A stretch of DNA of 64,000 bases from Thermoplasmatota archaeon (GTDB lineage: Archaea; Thermoplasmatota; Penumbrarchaeia; Penumbrarchaeales; Penumbrarchaeaceae), in contig JARVGK010000001.1 in assembly GCA_029762535.1 (NCBI GenBank), forward strand, positions 98,860 to 162,859, read 5' to 3'. The position numbers and the translations under genes were made by a program. Numbering within the stretch: the stretch's first letter is position 1; each line of letters opens with the position of its first letter. Below, in pieces: positions 36,201 through 47,073 of the stretch. The notes beneath the pieces are model-generated. The model was not told where the DNA came from, did not search any database, and was given only the letters and a program-made list of their open reading frames with translations.

Positions 36201-37566
36201 CGGCTGGGCCGTCGTCGGCGAGGAGAACGCGGCCGTCCCCGATAACACGGAGCGAACGACGGCGCCCCTTCCGGTCCCGGAAGGCATCGCCCCGCTCTAC
36301 TGGCGCATGATAGCCTGTGACGAGGCGGGATGGGAGAGCTCCCCGTCCCTTGTGAGCAGGTACGATCCGCCGGGGGTCCGAGCGTTCATGACCATGGGAT
36401 CAACCTTGATAGGGGCGGGATCGGTCCTGAACCTCGTCCTCGAGGACGGGTTCGGGATCGACGCCCGAAGCGTGGAGTACAGGCTGGGCCAGGGGGCGTG
36501 GGTCGCCTCAGATGTCCAGGCTCTGGTAACGGGGATCTCCCCGATAGCGGGAGAGATCGTTACGAAGGCGTCCCTGTCGATACCTGTACCGAAGGGTATG
36601 GACGGGGAGACCGGGGTGCAGGTTGCTTGGAAGGACCCACTGCCACTGTCCTTGAGGAAGGTCATGCTGTCCTCCCTTCGGGTGGACGGGTCCGGGCCGG
36701 AGTTCACCGTGAGATGCCCCCGCCTGTGGGGAAGCGCTTCGGTCCCGGTCACCGTGTCCAACCTCAGGGACGCTTCCGCTGTTTCGCCCTCGGGTTTCGA
36801 GGTCTCGACCGGGGATGCGATCTGGGTCCGGGCGGGGATCGACGGCGGCCCCCGCTGGGAGAGCTGGGACGGGGACGGCGGGGTACTGCTGGTGAACGTG
36901 ACCTGGGGCGAGGATACGACCATTTCGGTGAGGGCCTTCGATGAATGGGGGAACACCGGGTCGGGGACCGCCGTCTCCAGGGCGACCAGGCCTCCCGAGG
37001 TCCGAATTGTAGGGATCCCCGCAAACGGCAGGGTCAGGGAGGGCGGGTCATTGATGCTTGGGGCAGCGGTCTCGGATCCCGACGGGGACGAGCTGGAGCT
37101 GAAATGGTTCGTGGACGGCGTGGAGATGTCCAACGGGACCACATGCAGGATCGAGCCCGGCCTCGGAACACACGAGGTCCGGCTGGTCGCGAGCGACGGA
37201 TACCACGAGATCGAATGCGAGGGCACCTTCGAGGTGGTCGAGGGATCCTCCGCGCCGCTGATGATCGGGATCGCAGCGATATCGCTTCTATTGCTCTTTT
37301 TGCTGATCGCCCTGATCGCATTCGCGGCGTTCATGATGATGAGGCGGGGGAAGGCCCCGGTCGAGAGCGAGGAGGATTGGGGAGAGGAGGAGGCGGAGGA
37401 GGAGGATGAGAAAGGGGCCAAGTGCTCGATATGCATGAGGAGGATCCCCGAGAAGGCGGCCCCGGTGAAATGCAGGTGCGGGTCGCGCTTCCACAAAGGA
37501 TGCGCCAGGAACGAGGGCGTATGCCCGGACTGCGGAAGGGAGATACTTATATCCATTAAGGATTAG
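33229..37566 (+). CDS. 1445-aa surface protein: glycine-rich repeat region, Ig-like repeats, TM and cytosolic C4HC3 zinc finger
   Basis: Signal peptide; GGxVSGxVGxGG repeats; D.SG/A.D.AGN Ig-like units; CSIC-x12-CRC-x4-HKGC-x6-CPDC at the C-terminus. Confidence 0.85.
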   Translation: MMKHFTPLTSIVLMLLLTAAIPFGIGSPSGDPPLLNDAPPPSRGDLILVPNEIVNLTGVHEYSRIVLGQNSTLILWSCDLSVTGSSLDPPSILGEPKNVILYNSELTLTGEDGIGLIRDRGEDCLVDLSLYGDMYMEMSKIELRPGSGWSSGERGAYLTTDVSGGRFAGGNSTLDLEMVGGGSFTMFGSEILLLGGDGADAPDGEEVDGNVEREPGGYTKGGNVSGWVGAGGSCLFNLSGDVSTDIIVSSITLRPGNGGKAGDAGSVKYAMFFRSINQETPAGGYTSAYSTGTGIRPAGRVSDRVGSGGDSTMLINTSSVFITTSTLDVSGGMGGDAGNGADCRAPSLTTPTQYTCTSKGGGGAGYAGGYGSDPLGRKGGDISGLVGSGGNTVVELHAQHLLTIEDLTVKASAGNGGRPGDGGLGGGASYSGYNNDGGGGGGGGFSGGAGAYASGVTPAPSGGECGTVGPLVGKGGDNSFRMGAPYFTGKGHFTMQRTMGKASSYVPRPAESGEIGANVFLVGGEGGQQALGAGTSGTNLLEHGRPSPMLEAPDEGFCSGSQSLAFSWAQPISFFWSYYTTYYDWRLLRSDDVNDVVQEVETTLRTHTLEQDPGDGKFFWTVRCRNEIGTSPWSVPRHFFLDRTAPVMEDPHEGIIWKGLTDPVVSVIAFDPLSGVDPGSCFYKIDEEGEAPGVWKRPLVNETDAGSVEIQVTLPSREITCDIWVKASDLSGNGPSIGGPYRYGIDLWAPSVHDPSPSGYINTHPVISFSASDNRSGVAENIIIDILERNGTGRYVENMDVIETSPGRFTADRAIALPRGDYEYRVDVFDLAGNGFVLGPVGLSIDDVPPLVSSLNVENDDWFRTRRPVINGTITDPHSGAGPSRLELLDSDGSVIGSSALDLDLNGSFSYSPGEDLADGMFSFRIVAKDEAGNSYTTPSVRFGVDLSRPLLDIVSSSPGGDGIPLVIYEAEDATSGLASVRFQWMAPEGDGWAVVGEENAAVPDNTERTTAPLPVPEGIAPLYWRMIACDEAGWESSPSLVSRYDPPGVRAFMTMGSTLIGAGSVLNLVLEDGFGIDARSVEYRLGQGAWVASDVQALVTGISPIAGEIVTKASLSIPVPKGMDGETGVQVAWKDPLPLSLRKVMLSSLRVDGSGPEFTVRCPRLWGSASVPVTVSNLRDASAVSPSGFEVSTGDAIWVRAGIDGGPRWESWDGDGGVLLVNVTWGEDTTISVRAFDEWGNTGSGTAVSRATRPPEVRIVGIPANGRVREGGSLMLGAAVSDPDGDELELKWFVDGVEMSNGTTCRIEPGLGTHEVRLVASDGYHEIECEGTFEVVEGSSAPLMIGIAAISLLLLFLLIALIAFAAFMMMRRGKAPVESEEDWGEEEAEEEDEKGAKCSICMRRIPEKAAPVKCRCGSRFHKGCARNEGVCPDCGREILISIKD

Positions 37567-37571
37567 GGGGT

Positions 37572-40500
37572 ATGATCCAGATGAGAACGGCATATATTGC
37601 AGCGGCCCTGCTGCTGATCTCGGGCATCTTCCTGCAGACGGCGCAGGTCCCGGCAACGGACGGGATCCTCCCGAGGGGCACCTCCGGCACACACGACAGC
37701 GGGAACTTTTCGGTTGTTATCGGTGATGATGGTGGAAACACAGCATGGGACACATTAGAGTTCCCAATAGGTTACGATAGATTGAACACAGCCTATTTCG
37801 GGATCGGGTCCGCCTCGGACATGGTCGATTTCGGCAAGAGAGGAGACCTCGTCACGGTGGATCCCCTTATCATAAACTCACCCGGCAACGGCACCGACGA
37901 GGAGGGCTACTGCGCCTTTGCGGGATGGCCGGGTCAGGACTTCGAGGACATGAGGATAGAGCAGCGGACCTACGTTAACACATACTCGCAGGATGCACCG
38001 GGACGCACCGGGAGGTGGATGGTCGTGGACTACCATCTCAGCTCGAACATCTCCTACGACGACGTCTACGTCATGCAGATGATGGACGTGGACCTGGACC
38101 TCCCGACTGACGATCTCTTCGCCTTCGTCGGGGAGGAGAACATGACGGTCACCCATCAGGGCACGGTCTTCGTGGGCCTCGCCCATTACAACAACGGCAG
38201 GCCCCATTATCACGGGCACAACGCCGGCACGATGTCGCCGGATGTATTCGACGGAGAGGCCGCTATATTCTCGCACATGTACTCCCCCAACAACCAGACG
38301 ACCTCCTCGGATATGAGGAACTGGTACATGGACATCGTGGTCAGGATCCCCTCCGGGACCTTTCCCGGAGAGGCCCGGGTCTCCTTCGCGATACTCGTCG
38401 GGGACTCCATCGACTCATTGAAAGAGGCGCTCAACGACGCGCGTACTGGCATGTCCGGGACCTGGACCAGCAGCCCGCCCCCGGGCTGGTCCTCGGGAGA
38501 CGTATTGGCCCAGGCATCATATCTGGGCCCCGCATATCCGCCGATCTCCACCGAGGTGAAGGCTGCGGCGATGGAAGGCGGGTCCGGGGACGAGATCGAT
38601 GTGCCCTTCAATATGGGGGCGCATAGGGACCTGAACTTCACCATCGACACCGATGCCATGGTCTCTGACCACGGCGTCATTCGCTACACCATCGACAGCG
38701 TGGACCGCTGGGGATACCCTTCCCGGCGCTCCTATCACACCTTCTCGTGCGATAACTCGGGGCCCTCCATCGCCTTCTCGAAGCCCGATGGATGGTCCAG
38801 GGAGCCGTTCACGGTCGAGGCCTACGCCGACGACAGGGGCGGGTCCGGGGTGGATGACGTACAGATATCCCTCAACGAGTCACCGTTCGCCTCCGGAAGC
38901 TCGGTCCTCATCTCCGAAGAGGGCGACTCCCATCAGGTGAGGGCGTACGCCATCGACGCGGCGGGAAACGCGGGCGTCGTCCAAACGGCTTCCGAACTGA
39001 AGCTGGACATGACCAGGCCGGTCATCGGTCCGATCACGTTCTTCCCCGCCGACATAGACGAGGACACCATTGGCCCGATCACCGTCAGGGTCGATATCAG
39101 CGACGCCCTCTCCGGGATAGACCATAGCTCGGTCCAGTTCAGGTACGGGATACTGGTCCCCTCCTTCGATTGGAGCAATATGACATACGTATCGGGGCGA
39201 TTCGAGGCAGAGATAGAGATGGACTGGGACGCCGCCCAGGGATCGGAACTGTACGTGGAGGCGAAGGCGTCCGACATCGCCGGGAACCTCGCAGCAACCT
39301 TCGAACTGGAATACATCGATCCCAGGAACGATCCGCCATCCTTCACCATGGAGGTGATATCCTCTCTCTGGGAGAGGGATTCCGCGATCATAGTCTTCAA
39401 CGGGTCAGATCCCGACGGGGACGAGGTGAACTTCACGATAGAGTACATGATGGGGGACGGGGAATGGACCGATGCCGATAGCATGCTTTCAAGGCTGTCT
39501 CTCTACCGCTACATGTTCGAGCTGCCCCGGATCGAGTACGAGGGCCCACTCTACGTGCGCTCGACCGTATCCGACGGGATCGAGAACGTCACCATAGGCA
39601 CCGCCATCATCAACATGGACAGGAAGGCTCCGGGGATCTCGGTTGTGATATCTCCGCCGGGAGAATGGAGCCGTGAGTCGAGGAAGATAGCCATCTCGGC
39701 GGAGGACGCCGGATCGGGACCCGATGAAATGTATTACATCGTGAACACCGCGATGAGGAGCGGGCGCTCCCTGAACCTGACGGAGGAGGGTGTGTACAGC
39801 ATCACGGCTTACTGCACCGACGCCGCAGGCAACGTGGCCGAATACCCGCTCCCGGACATCGGCATCGATACTACCCCCCCGTCCATAGAGGGCCTGGAAC
39901 TCGACCCGCAAAAGCTCAGGCAGGGGGATGACCTTGCCGTATCCTTCAAATGCATCGACGCGTTGTCGGGCGTGGATCAGGTGAACGTCAGCATCGAAGC
40001 GGATGGGGCACCCATCGTATATGCGACATCCTTGATCGGAGAAGGCGATCCCTATTCCGCCCTCTTCGAGGACGTTCAGCTGGCCCCGGGAACGCCCTTC
40101 ACCGTCCGGGTTAAGGCCTTGGACGCCGCCGGCAATGAGTTCACGAGGGTATCCACAGGGCATCGTATGGAGGGATCGCTACCCGCGAACATAAACGCTG
40201 TCGTTCCCGACTCGGTCAACGTCGGCGAGGATTGGGAGATATCCGCAGAGTCCGATATCGACATCAGGCTGCATGTCAAGTATCCCGGCACATCCTGGGA
40301 CTGGATCATAGCCCCGTCGAGGGTCGAGGGAGGCGTCCACACCTACAATCTGCCGGCCCCCTTCTGGTCCATGGAACCGGGCCCTGCAGCGGGCGTGCAG
40401 TATGAATATCCCATACTCGCCTGGTTCGAGATGGAGGGGCCCAACGGAACGGTCCTGAGCCATCCAGATACCGCTTTCGAGGTCCAGATCCTCGGATCGC

Positions 40501-40964
40501 TGGACGAGGACGGCGACGGCCTGGAGGACCACTGGGAGGCGCTTCACGGGCTGGATCCCACCCGGCCGGACGATCCTGGCGAGGACTGGGACCGCGACGG
40601 TCTGGATACCAGAAGCGAGATGCTCAACCTCACCGATCCTAACAAGCGCGACACCGACGGCGACGGTATGGATGACGAATGGGAGGCGAGAATGGGGACG
40701 TTGCCCTTCAGGGAGGACGGGCATCTCGATCACGATTCCGACGGATACACGAACAGGGTGGAATACTACCGCAAGACCCACCCCAGGGATCCCGAGTCGT
40801 ATCCGGACGAACTCCCACTGACCCCGTGGTACTGGATGGTGATAATCGCCGGCATACTGCTCCTGATAATCGGTTTCTTCTCCTTCCAGCTCATAAACCG
40901 ACGGAAACTCAAGGAGGACCTGGACGAGTTCTCGGACGAGGACGCCTGGAGCGACAGCGACTAG
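37572..40964 (+). CDS. 1130-aa surface protein: Ig-like repeats, DxDxDG calcium-binding (TSP3-like) repeats, TM anchor
   Basis: D.AGN Ig-like units; DEDGDGLED, DWDRDGL, DTDGDGMDD, DHDSDGY; 5-nt gap from the upstream gene. Confidence 0.85.
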   Translation: MIQMRTAYIAAALLLISGIFLQTAQVPATDGILPRGTSGTHDSGNFSVVIGDDGGNTAWDTLEFPIGYDRLNTAYFGIGSASDMVDFGKRGDLVTVDPLIINSPGNGTDEEGYCAFAGWPGQDFEDMRIEQRTYVNTYSQDAPGRTGRWMVVDYHLSSNISYDDVYVMQMMDVDLDLPTDDLFAFVGEENMTVTHQGTVFVGLAHYNNGRPHYHGHNAGTMSPDVFDGEAAIFSHMYSPNNQTTSSDMRNWYMDIVVRIPSGTFPGEARVSFAILVGDSIDSLKEALNDARTGMSGTWTSSPPPGWSSGDVLAQASYLGPAYPPISTEVKAAAMEGGSGDEIDVPFNMGAHRDLNFTIDTDAMVSDHGVIRYTIDSVDRWGYPSRRSYHTFSCDNSGPSIAFSKPDGWSREPFTVEAYADDRGGSGVDDVQISLNESPFASGSSVLISEEGDSHQVRAYAIDAAGNAGVVQTASELKLDMTRPVIGPITFFPADIDEDTIGPITVRVDISDALSGIDHSSVQFRYGILVPSFDWSNMTYVSGRFEAEIEMDWDAAQGSELYVEAKASDIAGNLAATFELEYIDPRNDPPSFTMEVISSLWERDSAIIVFNGSDPDGDEVNFTIEYMMGDGEWTDADSMLSRLSLYRYMFELPRIEYEGPLYVRSTVSDGIENVTIGTAIINMDRKAPGISVVISPPGEWSRESRKIAISAEDAGSGPDEMYYIVNTAMRSGRSLNLTEEGVYSITAYCTDAAGNVAEYPLPDIGIDTTPPSIEGLELDPQKLRQGDDLAVSFKCIDALSGVDQVNVSIEADGAPIVYATSLIGEGDPYSALFEDVQLAPGTPFTVRVKALDAAGNEFTRVSTGHRMEGSLPANINAVVPDSVNVGEDWEISAESDIDIRLHVKYPGTSWDWIIAPSRVEGGVHTYNLPAPFWSMEPGPAAGVQYEYPILAWFEMEGPNGTVLSHPDTAFEVQILGSLDEDGDGLEDHWEALHGLDPTRPDDPGEDWDRDGLDTRSEMLNLTDPNKRDTDGDGMDDEWEARMGTLPFREDGHLDHDSDGYTNRVEYYRKTHPRDPESYPDELPLTPWYWMVIIAGILLLIIGFFSFQLINRRKLKEDLDEFSDEDAWSDSD

Positions 40965-41040
40965 CACCTATTGTATCCTTCAATTCAGATAAAGTATAAG
41001 TTTAACGATGACATTGCCCTTTTTGACGGGGCCAAGCGTC

Positions 41041-42051
41041 ATGAACGAGGACGACATCGAGTTCATTCAGATACTAAACATCATCAAGAGAGGCCAAAAG
41101 CTGGTGGTCCAGGCGAAGAACTCCGGGTTGGATACTAAACAGGCGGAGGAGCTCATAAACGAGGCGAAGTACGCCCTGAAGATAAACAACAGGGAGACAG
41201 CGATCGAGTACGCGAAGAAATGCATGCTCGAGGTGATACAGACCAAGAGGCGCAAGGACAGCGAGGAGCTTAGGAAGGAGGGGGCCTTGGACAAGCTCAC
41301 CAAGGTCGAGCTGAGGAAGAAGTGTGTGGACCTGGGCGTTGACCCGGTAGGGCTCAAGGAAGAGCTGATAGAGCGCATCAAGGCGAAGATATCGGAGATA
41401 TCGCCTCCAGGGGAGGAAACCCCGAAGGCCGCTCCAGAGAGCGCCCAGGAGCCGCCTCCGGAGATAACACTGGAGAAGAAGGTTGAGGAGGACATCAAGA
41501 TCGCCAAGCAGGCCGAGGAGGAGATCCGATCCGAGACCCCGCCTCAGACAGGGCCCAAGCCTTTCGACGCCGATGTGGAAGCGTCCAAGGTCATAACGGG
41601 GCTGTCCTATCTCATCGAGGAACAGAGGGCGGACAAGATATACAAGCTGTTCAACGCCCTCAAGAAGGAGGACAAGGTGGGTTTCGCCATATCCAGGGCG
41701 AACCCCAAGCTCATTCAACGCCAGTACAAGGTGGACATCACCGAGTTCATGTGGCTGACCGACAGGGACCTCGGCGGCGAGTTGCGCAGCGTCCCTCCGT
41801 CCCTTGAGTCGATAATATACTTCATAGAGGAGTTCATAGACAAGTATCCCGATGGGGTCGTCCTGCTCGACGGATTGGAGTACCTCATAGGCAACAACAC
41901 GTTCAACCCGGTGATACGCTTCCTCAGAAGGCTGGTCGATAAGATATCGACGACCCAATGCATACTGCTTGTATCGCTTGCACCCGAGACGCTGGACCAG
42001 AGCCAGGTCATGCTGCTTGAAAAGGACCTCTATCCGTTGAATTATTCCTGA
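41041..42051 (+). CDS. SAP-domain and DUF835 (inactive KaiC/RecA-like) protein
   Basis: SAP: LDKLTKVELRKKCVDLGVDPVGLKEELIERI. DUF835: SYLIEE, ISRANP, WLT, VVLLDGLEYLI..N.F..V..FL. Confidence 0.85.
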   Translation: MNEDDIEFIQILNIIKRGQKLVVQAKNSGLDTKQAEELINEAKYALKINNRETAIEYAKKCMLEVIQTKRRKDSEELRKEGALDKLTKVELRKKCVDLGVDPVGLKEELIERIKAKISEISPPGEETPKAAPESAQEPPPEITLEKKVEEDIKIAKQAEEEIRSETPPQTGPKPFDADVEASKVITGLSYLIEEQRADKIYKLFNALKKEDKVGFAISRANPKLIQRQYKVDITEFMWLTDRDLGGELRSVPPSLESIIYFIEEFIDKYPDGVVLLDGLEYLIGNNTFNPVIRFLRRLVDKISTTQCILLVSLAPETLDQSQVMLLEKDLYPLNYS

Positions 42052-42788
42052 ACGTATCCTATCAGTTTGAGGAAGGCTGTCTCCAGGTCCCCCATCTCCT
42101 CCCGCAGCTTCGATGTGGGGCCGCTCCAGAGCACCTTTCCCTTGTTAAGGACCGCGATGCGGTCGCAGATCTCGGATGCGAGGGACAGGATGTGCGTTGA
42201 TATAACGATGGTCCTGCCCCCCTTAACGTAGCCTTTGAGAAGTTCCTTGATCTTCTTCTGGAACACGGGGTCCAGGTTGATGAAGGGCTCGTCCAGAAGG
42301 AAAAGGGGCGGTTCATGGACGAAGGCCGATGCGAGCATCAGCTTCTGCCTCGTCCCTTTGGAGAGGTCCTTTGCGATGTTACCCCTGTTGGACCCCATCT
42401 CGAAGAAGTCTATCCACCTCTCGTTAAGGGCCCTGTCCGTAGGAAGCCCCCTCATTTGCATGACGAAGTCGAGGAACTCGTCCATCTTCAGGAAGGATGG
42501 AGGCGTTTCGGATTCGGGGACTATCCCGGTATTGGCCTTGATCGAGAGGGGATCCTGAGCCGGGTTCAGCCCCATCACCCGTATGCTGCCCCCGTCCAGC
42601 TTGACGGAGCCGATGAGGGCCTTCATCAGCGTGGATTTACCGGCGCCGTTGGGGCCGATGATCCCGAACATCGAACCGGCCTTGACGGTTATATCCGCTC
42701 CATCGAGCGCCAGTGTTTTACCGTACGCCTTCATCGCGCCCCTGACGTCTATCATCGGATCCGTCAGACCCGGCCTCTTGAAGCCCAT
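42042..42788 (-). CDS. ABC transporter ATP-binding protein (ABC-2/CcmA-like)
   Basis: GPNGAGKST, LSKGTRQK, LLDEP, STH. ATG 42788 preferred over GTG 42797 because of the SD AGGTGG. Confidence 0.95.
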   Translation of the reverse strand: MGFKRPGLTDPMIDVRGAMKAYGKTLALDGADITVKAGSMFGIIGPNGAGKSTLMKALIGSVKLDGGSIRVMGLNPAQDPLSIKANTGIVPESETPPSFLKMDEFLDFVMQMRGLPTDRALNERWIDFFEMGSNRGNIAKDLSKGTRQKLMLASAFVHEPPLFLLDEPFINLDPVFQKKIKELLKGYVKGGRTIVISTHILSLASEICDRIAVLNKGKVLWSGPTSKLREEMGDLETAFLKLIGYVQE

Positions 42789-42797
42789 CCATTCCAC

Positions 42798-44564
42798 CTA
42801 TGTCCTGTCCCTGCCTTTGAGCAAGATCAGACCGAAAAGGGATCCCAGGGCCACGAAGATCATTAAAAGGACGTTAAGGACCCAGAACGGGAACTCGAAT
42901 CCTCTTCCCTGGGGGGGTGCCTCCTCCTTGCTGAACACGAGCCTCTTTGGCTCGGTCACGTGTCCCGGTGCGGTCTCGCCGAGGGTGTCGTGGGCCCGGA
43001 CCTCTATGGTATGCGTCCCCCATTCGAGAGAGGCCAGGTCTATGTTGTATACCCATCCTATGAGCCCCTGTCCCGTGATCCCGGGGAGCTCCATCCATTC
43101 ACCATCGTCGATGCGGACCTCTACCTTCCTTATGCCCTCCCTGTCGTAGGCCTCGCCCCAGATCCTGCCGCTGGTCTCGAAATGTTCGAAGGTGTGGTTG
43201 AAGTCGGGGCCGGATATCGTTATCACGGGGAGCGAATCCGTGATCGGATCGATCCCGTAGAAGGCGTGGAGGAATTCGTTCCAGAGATGATGCCTCGAAT
43301 AGGATATCTCCTCGTACGCCACATTGTACTCGGTCGGGAGCTGCCGGACCTGGAGGAGCTTCTCCTCCTTGTTGGGGAAATACATGCTCAATCCCCATAC
43401 TTCGTCCTGATAGTAAGGTGCGACCTTTCCAACGATGATGAGGTCGTCGATGGCGGCCCTCACCTCCTTGCACAGGCCCAGTATCCTGCTGTTCCTGGGA
43501 AAGGCATCCTGAACGAGCCTCTCGAGCTCATAGGTGAAGTCGTAGATGTCGTACAATGGATATCCCGTGAGATCGTAGATGAGAACCGGCACAGTGTCGT
43601 ATGAATTGCTGTTCTTTCTGGCCAGGTAGATCTGGGTCAGGTACCTGAGGGACCCGGCTGGTCCGGGGGAGGCCAGCTCCTCGGAGAATTTGTCCATTGT
43701 CAGAACGAGCGGGTTCATCTTCCTCAGATCGAACGCCGTCATGGATATCCTGACGGCGTCACTCGGGTCATCTTCGCGGTCGGTGTAGGATCTTACGTAC
43801 ATGTCCACTATGAGGCTGCCGAACTCGCGCTCGTCCATCGAAGGCTTGTCCACGAGAGGTCCGAGGACCTCGTAATAGGGCCAGCCGTCGCCCGGCTCGT
43901 TGAAGCCGGAGGCGACCGAGACGGACCCGTAGTCCTTTATTTCGTAGAGGACCTCGATCCCGGCCATCAGGCATGCGTCGAACCCGATGAGCTCTATCCT
44001 CTGCGACCCTCTTGCCATGTAGATCTGCTCGAGGGCGTATCCTATCTCGACCAGGTCGAGATGGTCATGGGCGTCGCTATCGGGAACGGTCTCATCCCAG
44101 CAGATCCCTCTCCAACCCCCGCCATGGTCCCAAAGGACCAGGGCATAGTTTCGGGCGGGGAAATTGTCCATGGACCAGATCACGAAATCTATGAGCACCT
44201 GCGGATCGCCCATGTTCACCTCGCCCAGGTCCTCCAGCATGGGGGATCCCATTATCTGGGTGTCCGTGTCCTTCTCAACCCTGAAACGCCTGCATCCCGT
44301 CCAATCCCCGTTCGTCGTATCGTCGCTGGAATCTTCGGTCTCCCATCTGTCCATCTGGACGATAATATCGACCTCGCTCGTGGAACCCACCCTCTCCATC
44401 TCGTTCACGTCCTCGATCCCTGCGGATTCCAGGTTGTTGTCGGCGGCGAGATAGACCATGAACGTCCAGCTGGCCAGATCGTCCTCTTCCGCATCCGATG
44501 GCGATACAAAGGAAAGAGCAGCCATAAGCGTCATGAGGATGATCACGGTGGAAAATGCCCTCAT
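42798..44564 (-). CDS. Clostripain-family (C11) cysteine peptidase, membrane-anchored
   Basis: WTFMVYLAADNNLE, EVNMGDP, LWDHGGGW (His), GFDACLM (Cys); signal peptide, Ig-like domain, C-terminal TM. Confidence 0.93.
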   Translation of the reverse strand: MRAFSTVIILMTLMAALSFVSPSDAEEDDLASWTFMVYLAADNNLESAGIEDVNEMERVGSTSEVDIIVQMDRWETEDSSDDTTNGDWTGCRRFRVEKDTDTQIMGSPMLEDLGEVNMGDPQVLIDFVIWSMDNFPARNYALVLWDHGGGWRGICWDETVPDSDAHDHLDLVEIGYALEQIYMARGSQRIELIGFDACLMAGIEVLYEIKDYGSVSVASGFNEPGDGWPYYEVLGPLVDKPSMDEREFGSLIVDMYVRSYTDREDDPSDAVRISMTAFDLRKMNPLVLTMDKFSEELASPGPAGSLRYLTQIYLARKNSNSYDTVPVLIYDLTGYPLYDIYDFTYELERLVQDAFPRNSRILGLCKEVRAAIDDLIIVGKVAPYYQDEVWGLSMYFPNKEEKLLQVRQLPTEYNVAYEEISYSRHHLWNEFLHAFYGIDPITDSLPVITISGPDFNHTFEHFETSGRIWGEAYDREGIRKVEVRIDDGEWMELPGITGQGLIGWVYNIDLASLEWGTHTIEVRAHDTLGETAPGHVTEPKRLVFSKEEAPPQGRGFEFPFWVLNVLLMIFVALGSLFGLILLKGRDRT

Positions 44565-44712
44565 AGGCCATGCCTCCTAGATGTTCGGGACAATCGCCTC
44601 CCATTAAGCTACGGGCGATTTAACGTTTATGGTCAGATGATGGCGCTTCATCAGAACAATACATATAATAGACGTATTTTCACCCCTTGTAATAATATCC
44701 GGAGGAATCGAA

Positions 44713-44895
44713 GTGGAAGAAGAGATCTGCCACATAGAGATCAGCAAGGAGGACAGGGAGATAGTAGCCAGGCTCGAGAGCGATCTCGGAGGCATCAGGG
44801 AGTTCCGTTCCTACACATTCGAGGAGCTCCTGAAGATCATCATAAACGAACTCCAGGAGGAGTTCGAGTTCTCCGGATCCCCAGCTCAGGACTGA
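44713..44895 (+). CDS. Small acidic hypothetical protein (60 aa)
   Basis: GTG start with SD GGAGG; host-like codon usage. Confidence 0.55.
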   Translation: MEEEICHIEISKEDREIVARLESDLGGIREFRSYTFEELLKIIINELQEEFEFSGSPAQD

Positions 44896-44971
44896 ACCGT
44901 TATAATATTTGCCGCCAAGTCCCGCGGACCCGCCGATCCACGATCGGTATGGACCGAAACCCGCTTGGAGG

Positions 44972-44985
44972 CAAGGGTTATATAC
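44972..44985 (+). promoter_or_regulatory. Probable rRNA promoter (BRE/TATA)
   Basis: CAAGGGTTATATAC about 250 nt upstream of the 16S 5' end. Confidence 0.55.
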
Positions 44986-45132
44986 CAGTCCTCTTTTAGG
45001 GGCCTTTACCACGCCCCGAGCGTTCCCCTGGGAGCAGGCCGGAAGGCCTTTGACCATGATCAGGGACATCCGTGGGCGAGGACAATATCGGGGGTCCGAG
45101 AAAACCGGCCAGGGCCGTGACCTCTCAGATCC

Positions 45133-45171
45133 GTCATTTGCGATTAGGTGAGACTTGAGCGAGTCAAACCG
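45133..45171 (+). other. 5' arm of the pre-16S processing stem with bulge-helix-bulge (pairs with 46740-46776)
   Basis: GAGTCAAACCG/CGGTTTGGCTC, CTTGAG/CTCAAG, bulge AGA, 4-bp helix GGTG/CACT, bulge TAA, GTCATTTGCGAT/ATCGCAAGTGAC. Confidence 0.85.
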
Positions 45172-45226
45172 TTGTGTGCATGGAAGATGGAAAGCATACC
45201 AATGCTTGTGTCTTCCCCAAAGGTCA

Positions 45227-46693
<1,467 letters not shown>

Positions 46694-46879
46694 AAGAAAA
46701 AAAAGGGGGGATCTTCGGATCCCCCCGCAAATCTTAACCCGGTTTGGCTCCTCAAGCACTTAATATCGCAAGTGACGTATCACGGACCCCCGATCTCCCC
46801 ACCCTTTCTATGGAAGATCGATGTGTTCGCTCCCAAATTTTAAATATTCTCTGGCGTTAGCCATCTGGGTCTCGATCGT

Positions 46880-46953
46880 GGGCCGGTAGATCAGCTCGGT
46901 AGATCGCCTGATTTGCAATCAGGAGGCCTCGGGTTCAAATCCCGACCGGTCCA
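46880..46953 (+). tRNA. tRNA-Ala(UGC), CCA not encoded
   Basis: Acceptor GGGCCGG/CCGGTCC with G3:U70; anticodon arm CCTGA-TTTGCAA-TCAGG; own TATA TTTAAATA at 46839-46846. Confidence 0.97.
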
Positions 46954-47073
46954 CTCATATATTATTTATTTTTTTTGTCGTGGACCGGTCTGTTGAAAGA
47001 TCTGAAATGATGTTGTTATCTGGACGATTTTCCACACCTTTGGACCAGATAGTATTCAACTTGATGAGATGAT

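Noticed and set aside
42042-44564. Amber read-through fusing the C11 peptidase to the in-frame ABC ATPase
   Set aside because: The ATPase has its own SD and ATG (42788), shared frame has a one-in-three chance, and no pyl genes are in the window.
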